From an uncultured Acidaminococcus sp. (GTDB lineage: Bacteria > Bacillota > Negativicutes > Acidaminococcales > Acidaminococcaceae): a stretch of 61,631 bases of DNA. The position numbers and the translations under genes were made by a program. The DNA lies in the NCBI GenBank assembly GCA_902796945.1, contig CADBQR010000041.1, forward strand, positions 1 to 61,631, written 5' to 3'. The notes below the pieces were generated by a model. That model was not told where the DNA came from. It saw nothing but the letters and a program-made list of their open reading frames with translations, and did no database searches. Numbering within the stretch: position 1 is the stretch's first letter; each line of letters opens with the position of its first letter. Positions 39,772-49,369 of this stretch are shown here, one piece after another.

Positions 39772-40677
39772 TTAGTCCTCTGCATCCAGGAGACGCTTTT
39801 CAAGGATTTCATCCATATTGAAGTTTTCAATCTGCAGGTAATATTCAGCAGCCATGAGAAGGCTCTTCATCGGAACCGTACCGATGACTTCGCTGCCTAC
39901 GACAGGAACACCATAGCGGCGGGCTTCCATCTTGACCATTTCGAAGGCCCTGTAAACAGCCGTCTTTTCATAGTTGACAAGGTTCATGGAAACCTGGGTC
40001 TGGTTTCTTTCTTCCAATTTCAGGCCAATGGCCTTTACATAGTGCAGCCCACCGCCGATATTGCGCACCTTCTTGGCAATGGCCTGGGCGATTTCCACAT
40101 TATCCGTACCGAGGTTGACGTTGAAGGCAATCAGGGGTACCCGGGCGCCAATGGCAGAGCAGCCGGAAATGGCATTCATTTCGCAGGGGCCATAATCCGG
40201 TTTCCAGTTCGGATCCTTGATCTTTTCAAAGAAGCCTTCGTACTGGCCCTTACGGATCGTAGCCAGGTTGCGGCGTTCTTCATTGGTAGCGGCATCTTCG
40301 TACAGATAGACAGGAATGCCCATTTCACCGTAAGCCTTGCCGACATCATTGGCAATCTTGATGCATTCATCCATGGTAACGCCCATGACCGGCGTGAAAG
40401 GAACAACGTCAATAGCGCCAAACCGAGGATGGGCACCATGATGGGTTCTCATATCGATCAGGCCAATAGCAACCTTTGCCATATTGATGGCAGCTTCCGT
40501 TACGGCTTCCGGAGAACCGATGATGGTTACAACCGAACGGTTATGGTTTGGATCGAGGGAATAGTCAAGCAGGGTCAAGCCCTTGATTTTACGGGCTTCA
40601 TCCACAATCTTTTCAACTTTTTCCTTGTCGCGGCCTTCACTGAAATTCGGTACAAATTCCACTAATTTTTTAGCCAT
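39772..40677 (-). CDS. ftcD: Glutamate formiminotransferase
   Basis: VPNFSEGRD, HNRSVVT, HHGAHPRFGA, QVSMNL. Start MAKKL after GGAGG. Confidence 0.93.
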   Translation of the reverse strand: MAKKLVEFVPNFSEGRDKEKVEKIVDEARKIKGLTLLDYSLDPNHNRSVVTIIGSPEAVTEAAINMAKVAIGLIDMRTHHGAHPRFGAIDVVPFTPVMGVTMDECIKIANDVGKAYGEMGIPVYLYEDAATNEERRNLATIRKGQYEGFFEKIKDPNWKPDYGPCEMNAISGCSAIGARVPLIAFNVNLGTDNVEIAQAIAKKVRNIGGGLHYVKAIGLKLEERNQTQVSMNLVNYEKTAVYRAFEMVKMEARRYGVPVVGSEVIGTVPMKSLLMAAEYYLQIENFNMDEILEKRLLDAED

Positions 40678-40736
40678 GATGGCACCTCCATAAATTTGAC
40701 CGCTTACTGCGAAGCGGTTCATTTCAAATCGGATTT

Positions 40737-40766
40737 ATTTTATCCTCTTCACGACTGAAAAACGTC
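40737..40766 (-). promoter_or_regulatory. hut box plus -10 (ftcD-fhs-cyclodeaminase promoter)
   Basis: Minus strand GACGTTTTTCAG-12 nt-TAAAAT. Confidence 0.8.
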
Positions 40767-40810
40767 TGAAACAAAAAATACGTCCAAAATCCATTTTTTG
40801 ACTAAAATTT

Positions 40811-40840
40811 GACGTTTTTACAGTAGCATGAGGTTGAAAT
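40811..40840 (+). promoter_or_regulatory. Variant hut box plus weak -10 (divergent hutD promoter)
   Basis: GACGTTTTTACA-12 nt-TGAAAT, preceded by TTTGAC repeated at 11-bp spacing. Confidence 0.5.
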
Positions 40841-40862
40841 TTCAAGAACCGAGGTGCCTGTT

Positions 40863-41441
40863 ATGACCGTATCCATGATTCCCCGCAGCCAGGCGACTTC
40901 CACAACCTGGTCCGGCGGTACGACAACAGAATTTTTTATTTATCCAAAAGGCTCTTCCTATAAAGAGCGCCGTTTTGACGTTCGCATCAGTTCAGCCACG
41001 GTCGACCTGGAATCTTCCGACTGGACGCTGCTGCCCGGGTTCAACCGGATCATTACCCCGCTGAAGGGCGGCTTCACCTTAACCTACCAGGAAAAAGGAA
41101 CCAGCATCACATTGAAGCCATTGGAGGAAGATTTTCTCGATGGGGGCTGGCATACTCATTCCGTTGGAAAAGCCGTCGATTTCAATGTCATGTACAAAAA
41201 AGGGCTGCATGCAACCTATAGCGTCATTAAATCGTCAAAACGCTTCGGAACGGCAAAGCTACGTTTCGTATATGTCCCGTTTGTCACGGAGGAGAAACTG
41301 GCTGGCAGTACGCTGAACGGTAAGCCCCTGACTCCGGATACCCTGTACGTTTCCGACGACGGATCCGAAAAATTTGAACTGAACATCCGTCAGCCCGTCT
41401 CCCTGATCTACGTTTCCATCCATGATGATGGAAGGGATTGA
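40863..41441 (+). CDS. hutD: HutD/Ves family protein
   Basis: TTWSGGTTTE, FDVRISSATV, LPGFNR, DFNVM. ATG after GAGGTG. Confidence 0.88.
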   Translation: MTVSMIPRSQATSTTWSGGTTTEFFIYPKGSSYKERRFDVRISSATVDLESSDWTLLPGFNRIITPLKGGFTLTYQEKGTSITLKPLEEDFLDGGWHTHSVGKAVDFNVMYKKGLHATYSVIKSSKRFGTAKLRFVYVPFVTEEKLAGSTLNGKPLTPDTLYVSDDGSEKFELNIRQPVSLIYVSIHDDGRD

Positions 41442-41560
41442 TTCCTGGCTGACTTCCCGCTAAAAGGGCTGCCCATAAGGACAGTCCTTTTCTTTATATC
41501 CAGCGCGGTCCTGCTGATTAGTCAAAAAATCAAATTTATTAACCGTCCCTTTGCTTTTTG

Positions 41561-41569
41561 TGCTATAAT
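41561..41569 (+). promoter_or_regulatory. Extended -10 promoter of the 529-aa hypothetical gene
   Basis: TGCTATAAT about 70 nt upstream of ATG 41640. Confidence 0.55.
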
Positions 41570-41639
41570 AAGCAAACTATAGAAATACCATAAATTTTTA
41601 GGCAGTCTTCCCTGCCCTTTGGATAAGGATGGAAATATC

Positions 41640-43229
41640 ATGGAACCCTGGAAAGAAGAAACGAGTCTCTACACGCTGATAAAAGACCATATTGACAGGA
41701 ATGGCTTCTTCAATCCGGACCTCATTCGGGACAGGACCTTCGTGGAAAACTATCCGACCCTCTTCCGCGAACCCGGTTCGACGGATGTCTTCCTGTCCGA
41801 TATCGAACAACCGACCCAGGAAGAGGTAGGCGCACCGGTTCTTGAGGCACTGGAAGCTTACAGTGCGCACCCGAACCGGGCAATTGCCACCAATCTATAT
41901 TACAGCCTGGCAGTAACGCCTTTTGTCCTGTACAATGATTTCCTTGTCGATGTCATGTCCACACGGCCCATTCCCGGCCCGCTCTGGGAGTTATGCCTTT
42001 CCTGGCTCCACAAAGCCTTTGCGCCGGAACCCCTGAAACTGGCCATTACTGTGGCAGGCCTGCATTTATTGAACGAAGCGAACCTGAACGCTGCGGCTGC
42101 CATCAAGAAGGACCTGCTGCTGCTATCCCGTTGCGAGGAATTCACCAGTTATGTCATTTACGCATTGGAATTAGGGCACATGCTGGAAGAAGAGGATTTG
42201 TGGGATATAATGACCCATACCCGGCGTTGGGGAAGAGTCAGTGCCATGGAAACGTATAATTTCGTTACGCCGGAAGAAAAACACTGGCTCCTGTTGAACG
42301 GTTGGGATCTGGACATTGATTATCCTGCGGTTTCCCTTCTCATTTTAAAGAACAGCAATTTGCTGGAAATTTTGGATGCCCGGGAAATTTCCGACAGGGA
42401 TTTTGACGGAATGACCCACACCATTGTGGATTATGTCGATTTTCTGTTGAATTTTGAAGCCAAATCCCAGGAGATACGGGAAGAAATCGACGGGCAGATG
42501 CCGATTATCCAACTTTTCAGCCTGCTCCAGAAATTCCTTGACCAGGCCAAAAAGCATCACCGGACATTGGAACAAAATGCCGGCCTGATCAGTCTCTGGC
42601 AGGAGCTGCAGTCCATGGTTGACAACGCGAACTGGGATCATCTCAGTATGAATCAGTGCCATCTGCTCCTGGGCACCCTGGAATCCATGATCATGGAGAC
42701 CGATTGGGTCACGGAGCTTCCCCGGCGTATCCTGAAAAAAGATGGCAGCGTCAATCTGCTGGCCCTCAACATGGCCTACATCCTGAATATCGATATTCAC
42801 AGCCAGGTGTGGGACTTATTGAAAAAAGCACCGTTACGGACGGAATTGTACCCCTACCTGCTGACAACAAAAAACAAGCAGCGTCTGAACCGGATCCTGA
42901 AGTTTGCAGAAAACCACATGACCGAATACCTCCAGGTCGAGCACCTGGTCATGCCGCTCCTGGAAGGGCTCATGGAACAGCCCGGGCGGGGAGAGCGGAT
43001 TTTAGCAGAAGCACTCACCTCCCTTGATGAAGGAGCAAGGGCCAGTGCCATTGCTGTCCTTGAAAACTGGCCGGATAAGAAATGGTCCGCAGAATTGCAG
43101 ATTGCCCTCCTGAAGGCCCAAAAAATGACCCAGCAGCCTTTCCTGCAACTGCGGATCAATGAACTGATCCATCATCGTTCCCTGAACATGGAGGATTTTG
43201 CCACCGCTTTCCATAATCAATTTGAATAA
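41640..43229 (+). CDS. Hypothetical alpha-helical (HEAT/ARM-like) protein
   Basis: 529 aa, acidic and Leu-rich helices; own promoter and terminator; no catalytic motif recognised. Confidence 0.75.
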   Translation: MEPWKEETSLYTLIKDHIDRNGFFNPDLIRDRTFVENYPTLFREPGSTDVFLSDIEQPTQEEVGAPVLEALEAYSAHPNRAIATNLYYSLAVTPFVLYNDFLVDVMSTRPIPGPLWELCLSWLHKAFAPEPLKLAITVAGLHLLNEANLNAAAAIKKDLLLLSRCEEFTSYVIYALELGHMLEEEDLWDIMTHTRRWGRVSAMETYNFVTPEEKHWLLLNGWDLDIDYPAVSLLILKNSNLLEILDAREISDRDFDGMTHTIVDYVDFLLNFEAKSQEIREEIDGQMPIIQLFSLLQKFLDQAKKHHRTLEQNAGLISLWQELQSMVDNANWDHLSMNQCHLLLGTLESMIMETDWVTELPRRILKKDGSVNLLALNMAYILNIDIHSQVWDLLKKAPLRTELYPYLLTTKNKQRLNRILKFAENHMTEYLQVEHLVMPLLEGLMEQPGRGERILAEALTSLDEGARASAIAVLENWPDKKWSAELQIALLKAQKMTQQPFLQLRINELIHHRSLNMEDFATAFHNQFE

Positions 43230-43257
43230 TAACCGCTTTCTGGTTCCGACAATACAT

Positions 43258-43289
43258 AACGGGGCTGCCGCTGTTGCGGCAGCCCCGTT
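43258..43289. terminator. Bidirectional terminator between convergent genes
   Basis: AACGGGGCTGCCGC-TGTT-GCGGCAGCCCCGTT. Confidence 0.8.
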
Positions 43290-43318
43290 TATTCTTGATG
43301 GTTCAGGGGGCAAAATGA

Positions 43319-44506
43319 TTATTCATTGCCTGGCTTTTTCATGATTTCCGGCCCGTACGAGCGCACATACAGGGCAAAAGCCAGCAGCGTGACCATGGCC
43401 AGGGAAAGATAAAGGTTCCGATAACCCAGATAGGGCAGGAAAATACCCTGCAGAAATGGCCCCAGGCCGGATCCGACTTCCGAAATTGCCAGATAAGTAG
43501 ATGAAGCAATTCCCCATTTATAGTTGGGAAGAGGCCGTACCGCAATCGCCCGTGCCAGGGTATTGAAGTTTCCAAACCCAAATCCGATAAAAACCGCCGA
43601 AAGCAGAAAAACCAGGCTTGTTTCAGCCCGACTCAACAGCAAAAGACCCAGGGCAAAAGCGAAATAAGTCGGCACGACAACCCGCTGGCCCCACCGATCA
43701 TAAAGCCTTCCCATGGGAGGGCGTGAAACAATGATGACAATGGAATAAACCACGAAAAAGAGTCCGCCCGCTTCCGTCATATGGATCTGCCGCGCATAGG
43801 CAGCCATAAAACCACTCAAGCCGGAATAGGCCAGAAACATCAGGGTTCCCACAAAGGAAATCGGCAGGGCCGATTTCTCAAAAAGCCCCCGGAACCCGGA
43901 ACCAAATTTCTTCAGGTTTTCCGGCGCCACAGGCAGGTCCGGGATTGAAAAAGCGAAGAGGCTGATCAGGAGGAGCAGGCTCTGGCCCATGCAAATATGC
44001 AGAATGGCCGTAAATCCCAATTGATGGTAGAGCATGATTCCAATCATCGGGCCCACAGCCATGGCTACCATGGCACTGAGGGTAAAAGCGGACAGCCCTT
44101 CCCCCTGTCGGCTCCGGGGCAGGATATTGACGACGATGGTGGTAATGGCCGAGGAAGAAACCCCGAGGCCAATCCCGTGAAGCAGCCGCAACCCAACAAA
44201 AAATGGCGCTGAATCGACAAAATAGTAAAGGGGCATGACAAGGATATACCCAATGGTCCCCCATAAAAGCAGGCGGCGTTTACCGATTTCCTCAATATAA
44301 CGGCCCGTGAAAAGCCGGCCCACCATGGCGGCCAGAAGAAAACAGCCCGCAGCCAGCCCGGCCACCCATGGCTCGCTGTGCAGGATGTCCATGGAAAAAG
44401 GGGCGACAACCATCATCAGAAGGTAAAAAATACTATAAACCAGGAAATTCATGACCGACATAACGAGAAAAGGTCGTGTCAGATAGGATTCCCGCTTTTT
44501 TTCCAT
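43319..44506 (-). CDS. Major facilitator superfamily transporter
   Basis: About 12 TM; motif A-like GRYIEEIGKRR and GRLYDRWGQR; RLLHGIG. Start MEKK after AAGGAG. Confidence 0.9.
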   Translation of the reverse strand: MEKKRESYLTRPFLVMSVMNFLVYSIFYLLMMVVAPFSMDILHSEPWVAGLAAGCFLLAAMVGRLFTGRYIEEIGKRRLLLWGTIGYILVMPLYYFVDSAPFFVGLRLLHGIGLGVSSSAITTIVVNILPRSRQGEGLSAFTLSAMVAMAVGPMIGIMLYHQLGFTAILHICMGQSLLLLISLFAFSIPDLPVAPENLKKFGSGFRGLFEKSALPISFVGTLMFLAYSGLSGFMAAYARQIHMTEAGGLFFVVYSIVIIVSRPPMGRLYDRWGQRVVVPTYFAFALGLLLLSRAETSLVFLLSAVFIGFGFGNFNTLARAIAVRPLPNYKWGIASSTYLAISEVGSGLGPFLQGIFLPYLGYRNLYLSLAMVTLLAFALYVRSYGPEIMKKPGNE

Positions 44507-44608
44507 GGAAAACCACTCCTTCATTCCTTTGGACAAATTTTTCATTGCCGGAAAGCATTCATTATAGTACTCTTTCGCCGTTAACCGTGATTATCCTTTT
44601 AATAAAAA

Positions 44609-44632
44609 AGCTGCTGTCATAAGGCAGCAGCT
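44609..44632 (-). terminator. Terminator after the Fe-ADH gene
   Basis: AGCTGCTGTC-ATAA-GGCAGCAGCT with an A-run on the left (U tract on the minus strand). Confidence 0.7.
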
Positions 44633-44645
44633 CAGGAAATCAATA

Positions 44646-45863
44646 TTAAAAGTCAACGTCCAGGTCATAATAGCAAGCCTTGAAGAGTTTTTCCATTTCT
44701 TCCTGACTTGGCTGGCGCGGATTGGAAGGAGTGCAGGCATCCAGGATGGCTTCTGCAGCAATTTTCGGCAGTCTTTCCAGGAATACAGCCTCTGGCACAA
44801 AGCCTTCCGGTGCCGGCAGGGCATCCTTACCATAAAACCGAATGGCACTGGGGATGTTCAGTTTTTTCTGGGTATCACGGATCCAGGCAATCAGGTTTTT
44901 GATCTTTTCTTCCGTCGTCTTTCCATCCAGATGCATATAGTCGGCAATGACTCCATACCGCTCAGCGGCCGTGCTGTCCTTGGCGTTAAAGGCAATGACT
45001 TTCGGAAGGTACATGGCATTGGCAGCCCCATGGATCAGATGGGCCCCGCAATCAGCAAAAGCGGCACCGGTCTTATGAGCCATGGAGTGGACAATCCCCA
45101 GCAAGGCATTGGAAAAAGCCATTCCCGCAAGACATTGTGCATAGTGCATCTTGTCGCGTGCTTCCATGTCCCCTTCATAAGATTTGACCAGATACTTTTG
45201 GATCAGCTCAATCGCATGAATGGCCAGGGGATCCGTGAACTCACAGTTGGCCGTGGAAACATAAGCTTCCACCGCATGGGTAAAGGCATCCATGCCCGTA
45301 TGGGCAACCAGTTTCTTCGGCATTCCATGGGTCAGTTCCGGATCGACAATGGCAATATCCGGCGTTATTTCAAAGTCGGCAATCGGGTATTTGATTCCCT
45401 TTTCATAGTCCGTAATGATGGAGAAGGAGGTCACTTCCGTCGCCGTACCGGACGTAGAAGAAATGGCAACAAAATGAGCTTTCCGTCTCAGTTTGGGAAT
45501 TCCAAACACCTTTTTCATTTCTTCAAAGGTTATATCCGGGTATTCATACTTGATCCACATGGCCTTGGCAGCATCAATGGGGGATCCCCCGCCGATGGCC
45601 ACAATCCAGTCCGGTTTGAATTCTTCCATAACGGCAGCCCCTTTAAGGACCGTTTCCACGGAAGGATCGGATTCGATTCCCTCGTAGATCCGGACTTCCA
45701 TACCAGCTTCTTTCAGGTATGCTTCCGCCTTGCCCAGGGAACCATTCCGTCTGGCCGAACCGCCGCCCGTGCAAATAATGGCCCTTTTGCCTTCCAGCGT
45801 TTTCAGGACGTCCATGGCATCATACCCATGATAGATGTCTCTTGGTAATGTAAATCTTGCCAT
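44646..45863 (-). CDS. Iron-containing alcohol dehydrogenase (NADPH-butanol dehydrogenase-like)
   Basis: GGGSPIDAAK, TSGTATE, GMDAFTHAVE, HSMAH, HGAANA. Start MARF. Confidence 0.9.
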   Translation of the reverse strand: MARFTLPRDIYHGYDAMDVLKTLEGKRAIICTGGGSARRNGSLGKAEAYLKEAGMEVRIYEGIESDPSVETVLKGAAVMEEFKPDWIVAIGGGSPIDAAKAMWIKYEYPDITFEEMKKVFGIPKLRRKAHFVAISSTSGTATEVTSFSIITDYEKGIKYPIADFEITPDIAIVDPELTHGMPKKLVAHTGMDAFTHAVEAYVSTANCEFTDPLAIHAIELIQKYLVKSYEGDMEARDKMHYAQCLAGMAFSNALLGIVHSMAHKTGAAFADCGAHLIHGAANAMYLPKVIAFNAKDSTAAERYGVIADYMHLDGKTTEEKIKNLIAWIRDTQKKLNIPSAIRFYGKDALPAPEGFVPEAVFLERLPKIAAEAILDACTPSNPRQPSQEEMEKLFKACYYDLDVDF

Positions 45864-46147
45864 TCCAAAGCCTCCTTTGTTTTTACCGGCTGACAGTCGA
45901 TTCCTTCCACCTGCCCATTCCGGCATAACACGTTTACGGCCTCATTATACCATGAAATCAGCTCCGGGATTCTAAAAATTTATTGTATTTTTCGTCAATT
46001 TTGTAAAATCATGACCATCATGAATTCCTCATTCCTGATGGTCCATCCGTCAGGCGTCCAGGCATCATGAGCTGAGCCAGATACCATACCGGCTATCAAT
46101 TTTTTATAGCGAAGCAGGACAACGGACCACTCCCACCCTATAAAAAA

Positions 46148-46184
46148 CCCCCATAAGCGGGTTTTTGGATTCCTCTTATGGGGG
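46148..46184 (-). terminator. Terminator after ftsH
   Basis: CCCCCATAAG...CTTATGGGGG with an adjacent A6 run. Confidence 0.7.
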
Positions 46185-46222
46185 CACTTCATCAATATTT
46201 TTCACAGAAACTCCAGAAGCGG

Positions 46223-48118
46223 TCAGGCAGGTTGAACAGCATCAGGATTCGCTTTCTGCATGGCGTCCGACGCTGCCGGTTCCGGGTCGTCCGGATTCTG
46301 GCCTTTCAGGATTGCCATGAACTCATCGCCGGTAATGGTTTCCTTTTTTAACAGGTAAGCCGCCAGCTCATCCAGCTTTTCCCGATGGCCATTCAAAATG
46401 TCGCGGGCCTTGGCATGCGCTTTCTTCACGGTTTCAAAAACGGCCTCATCAATACGGGCTGACGTTTCAGGTGCACAACGCAGGGAAGCGTCACCGCCCA
46501 GGTAGGCATTGCTGACCGTTTCCAATGCCACCATATCAAATTCCTCCGTCATGCCGAAACGGGTAATCATGGCACGAGCCAGCTTGGTAGCCTGCTCAAT
46601 ATCATTGGAAGCTCCGCTCGTGACTTTGTTGAACACGATTTCTTCTGCAGAACGGCCACCCGTCAAAGTAACGATCTTATTGAAAAGTTCTTCCTTGGTC
46701 ATGAGGACCTTTTCTTCGGTGTCCACCTGCATGGTGTACCCTAAGGCGCCGGAAGTACGGGGAATGATCGTAATCTTGTGGACCGGGGCAGAGGCCGTCT
46801 GGCTGGCTGCAACCAGAGCATGGCCAATTTCGTGGTAGGCAATGATTTTCTTTTCATCCTGGGAAATGACAGCACCCTTACGTTGGGCACCGGCGATGAC
46901 GACCTCAACGGATTCTTCCAGGTCTTCCTGGATTACGATCTGCCGGCCCATACGGACAGCCCGCAGCGCCGCTTCGTTTACGATGTTGGCCAGTTCGGCC
47001 CCGGAGGCACCGCTCGTCGCCAGGGCAATGGCATGGTAATCCACATCCGGGGAAATCCGCACATCATGGGAATGAACTTTTAAAATGGCTTCCCGTCCCT
47101 GCAGGTCCGGTAATTCAACCGGCACCCGGCGGTCAAAGCGGCCAGGACGGAGGAGCGCTTTATCCAGTACCTCCGGACGGTTGGTAGCCGCCAGGATGAT
47201 AACCCCCTTGCTGCCATCAAAGCCATCCATTTCAGACAGCAGCTGGTTCAGGGTCTGTTCCCGTTCATCATTGCTACCAAAGGAACCATTGTCCCTTTTC
47301 TTCCCGATGGCATCGATTTCATCAATAAAGACAATGCACGGAGCTTTTTCCTGGGCCTGCTTGAACAGGTCACGGACACGGGCAGCGCCCATACCAACAA
47401 ACATTTCAATGAATTCAGATCCGGAAATGGAAAAGAAAGGAACCTTTGCTTCCCCGGCTACGGCTTTGGCCAGCAGGGTTTTACCAGTGCCAGGAGGTCC
47501 CACAAGCAGTACGCCTTTGGGCATGGTTGCGCCGATGGCATTGTAACGGGAAGGATCATGCAGAAAAGATACGATTTCCTGCAGCGCTTCCTTTGCTTCG
47601 TCCTGACCGGCCACGTCCTTGAAGGTTTTGCCAGTCTGGGCTTCTATGTATACCTTGGCATTGCTTTTGCCAAAGCTCATCATGTTGCCACCGCCCATTT
47701 TAGGGCCTAAGAAGCGCATAATCAGCTGCCCAATCACCATAAAGATCAGGAAAGGCAGGATCCAGTTATTGAAGAACTTGGAAATCGGGGACTCTTCCCG
47801 GGGCACGACCTGGGAAAATTCCACATTGGCCTTGACCAGTCGATTGACCAGTTCCGGATCATCCACCCGGCCGGTAACATAGATCTGATCCTTGCCATCC
47901 TTGTTGCACAACAGGGCAATCCGGTTCTGGTTGATTTCAACCTTGGTTGCCTTGCCTTCGTCGACCATCTTCAGGAAATTCGTATAGGTAACTTCCTGTA
48001 CCCGCGGTTTAAAAAACATCGGGGTAATGATCGTATTGATGACCAAAATGATCAAAATGGCCGCAATGTAATAATACAGGGCCCGTCTGGAATGATTCCG
48101 GTTAGGGGATTCATTCAT
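46223..48118 (-). CDS. ftsH: ATP-dependent zinc metalloprotease FtsH
   Basis: 2 TM; GPPGTGKT; FIDEID; RPGRFDR; HEIGH. Start uncertain (48118, 48124 or 48127). Confidence 0.95.
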   Translation of the reverse strand: MNESPNRNHSRRALYYYIAAILIILVINTIITPMFFKPRVQEVTYTNFLKMVDEGKATKVEINQNRIALLCNKDGKDQIYVTGRVDDPELVNRLVKANVEFSQVVPREESPISKFFNNWILPFLIFMVIGQLIMRFLGPKMGGGNMMSFGKSNAKVYIEAQTGKTFKDVAGQDEAKEALQEIVSFLHDPSRYNAIGATMPKGVLLVGPPGTGKTLLAKAVAGEAKVPFFSISGSEFIEMFVGMGAARVRDLFKQAQEKAPCIVFIDEIDAIGKKRDNGSFGSNDEREQTLNQLLSEMDGFDGSKGVIILAATNRPEVLDKALLRPGRFDRRVPVELPDLQGREAILKVHSHDVRISPDVDYHAIALATSGASGAELANIVNEAALRAVRMGRQIVIQEDLEESVEVVIAGAQRKGAVISQDEKKIIAYHEIGHALVAASQTASAPVHKITIIPRTSGALGYTMQVDTEEKVLMTKEELFNKIVTLTGGRSAEEIVFNKVTSGASNDIEQATKLARAMITRFGMTEEFDMVALETVSNAYLGGDASLRCAPETSARIDEAVFETVKKAHAKARDILNGHREKLDELAAYLLKKETITGDEFMAILKGQNPDDPEPAASDAMQKANPDAVQPA

Positions 48119-48301
48119 TGTCATCACCTTCTTATTAAGTATCTGTTGTATCGAGAATTCACTAAATTATAGCATAGCTTACAGGGAGGTACAAATAGGG
48201 CGTCCTCCGAACAGGCAGCCTGATGATCGGCTGCGCCCTGAGAAAACCTTCCTTCCGTATCCCCCGGCCACGTTCACTGCAGTGAAGGAGAGACTCCATC
48301 G

Positions 48302-49369
48302 CTACCGCTTATTTTTCCCACCGGCCCGTTTTTCCCGGAGGTCCTGGAAAAATCGCTGACAGGGCCCGCTCAAGGGCAGGGCCGAAAGTTCATCGGCAGC
48401 AACCCAGCGATAGGAAGCATCCAAAGGAAAGGCAGGCGTTTCCGCCTCATAGGCTTCCATATACCAGATCTGATGGGAAAAAACATGCTTATGGCACCAT
48501 AGGGGAACATCCCCGAACGTACCAAAGTTTTCCCTCGCAAGAAGAAGACAGTCATTTTTTTCCGGCGCAAGAAAGGTCGGCAGCTCCCAGAGTGATGCCA
48601 GAAGGCCCTTATCCGGACGTTTATGCAGCAAAATCGCGTTTTCCTGCTGAACCAGGAGGCAGACTGCATGAAACTCCTTCTGGGGGGCTTTTTTCTTTCG
48701 CACGGGCAGTTCCGAAGCCCGATGCTGCTGAAACCCCTGGCAGTACGCGGCAAGCGGACACTGGTCACAGTGCGGATTCAGGGGAATGCAGATCAGGGCT
48801 CCAAGATCCATCAGGGCTTCGTTGAAATCCCCGGGCCGGGCAGCGGGAATCACCTTTTCGGCAAGCCCGGTAATTTTTCGTCGCCCAGCCAGGGAAAGAA
48901 CATCCTCATCAAGGGCATACAAACGTGCCAGGACGCGGAGCAGGTTGCCATCCACCGCGGGGGTTTTCTGCCCGAAGGCCATGGAGCAAATGGCTCCCGC
49001 CGTATAATCGCCGATTCCGGGCAATGTACGCAGTGCTTCCCGCGTACGCGGCAGTGTCCCGCCCCATTGCAGCAGGACTTCCCGGGCCGCCCGGTGGAGG
49101 TTTCGGGCACGGCTGTAATAACCGAGTCCCTGCCAGAGACGGAGCACCTCCTCTTCCGGAGCCCTGGCCAGTGCATCAATGGTCGGAAAACGACGCATCC
49201 ATTCAGTAAAATAAGTTTTAACGGTATCAACCCTGGTTTGCTGCAGCATGATTTCTGAAACCCATACATGATAGGGATTCCTGGGTTTTTGCTCTCTCCA
49301 GGGCAAGGCACGCCCTGTCCGGTCAAACCATTGCAGCAGCTTTTCTACCCATTTATTTCTTTCGGTCAA
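48302..49369 (-). CDS. mutY: A/G-specific adenine glycosylase
   Basis: WVSEIMLQQT, GLGYYSRARN, LPGIGDYTA, VDGN, C-x6-C-x2-C-x5-C. TTG start after GGAGG, overlapping the mutT end. Confidence 0.93.
   Translation of the reverse strand: MTERNKWVEKLLQWFDRTGRALPWREQKPRNPYHVWVSEIMLQQTRVDTVKTYFTEWMRRFPTIDALARAPEEEVLRLWQGLGYYSRARNLHRAAREVLLQWGGTLPRTREALRTLPGIGDYTAGAICSMAFGQKTPAVDGNLLRVLARLYALDEDVLSLAGRRKITGLAEKVIPAARPGDFNEALMDLGALICIPLNPHCDQCPLAAYCQGFQQHRASELPVRKKKAPQKEFHAVCLLVQQENAILLHKRPDKGLLASLWELPTFLAPEKNDCLLLARENFGTFGDVPLWCHKHVFSHQIWYMEAYEAETPAFPLDASYRWVAADELSALPLSGPCQRFFQDLREKRAGGKNKR

Noticed and set aside
28238-40665. Long plus-strand ORFs such as 28238-29578, 29894-31117, 31252-33312, 33940-35271, 37091-37744, 37942-39093, 39661-40665
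   Set aside because: They mirror the regulator, hut and fhs genes on the opposite strand and show no recognisable domains.
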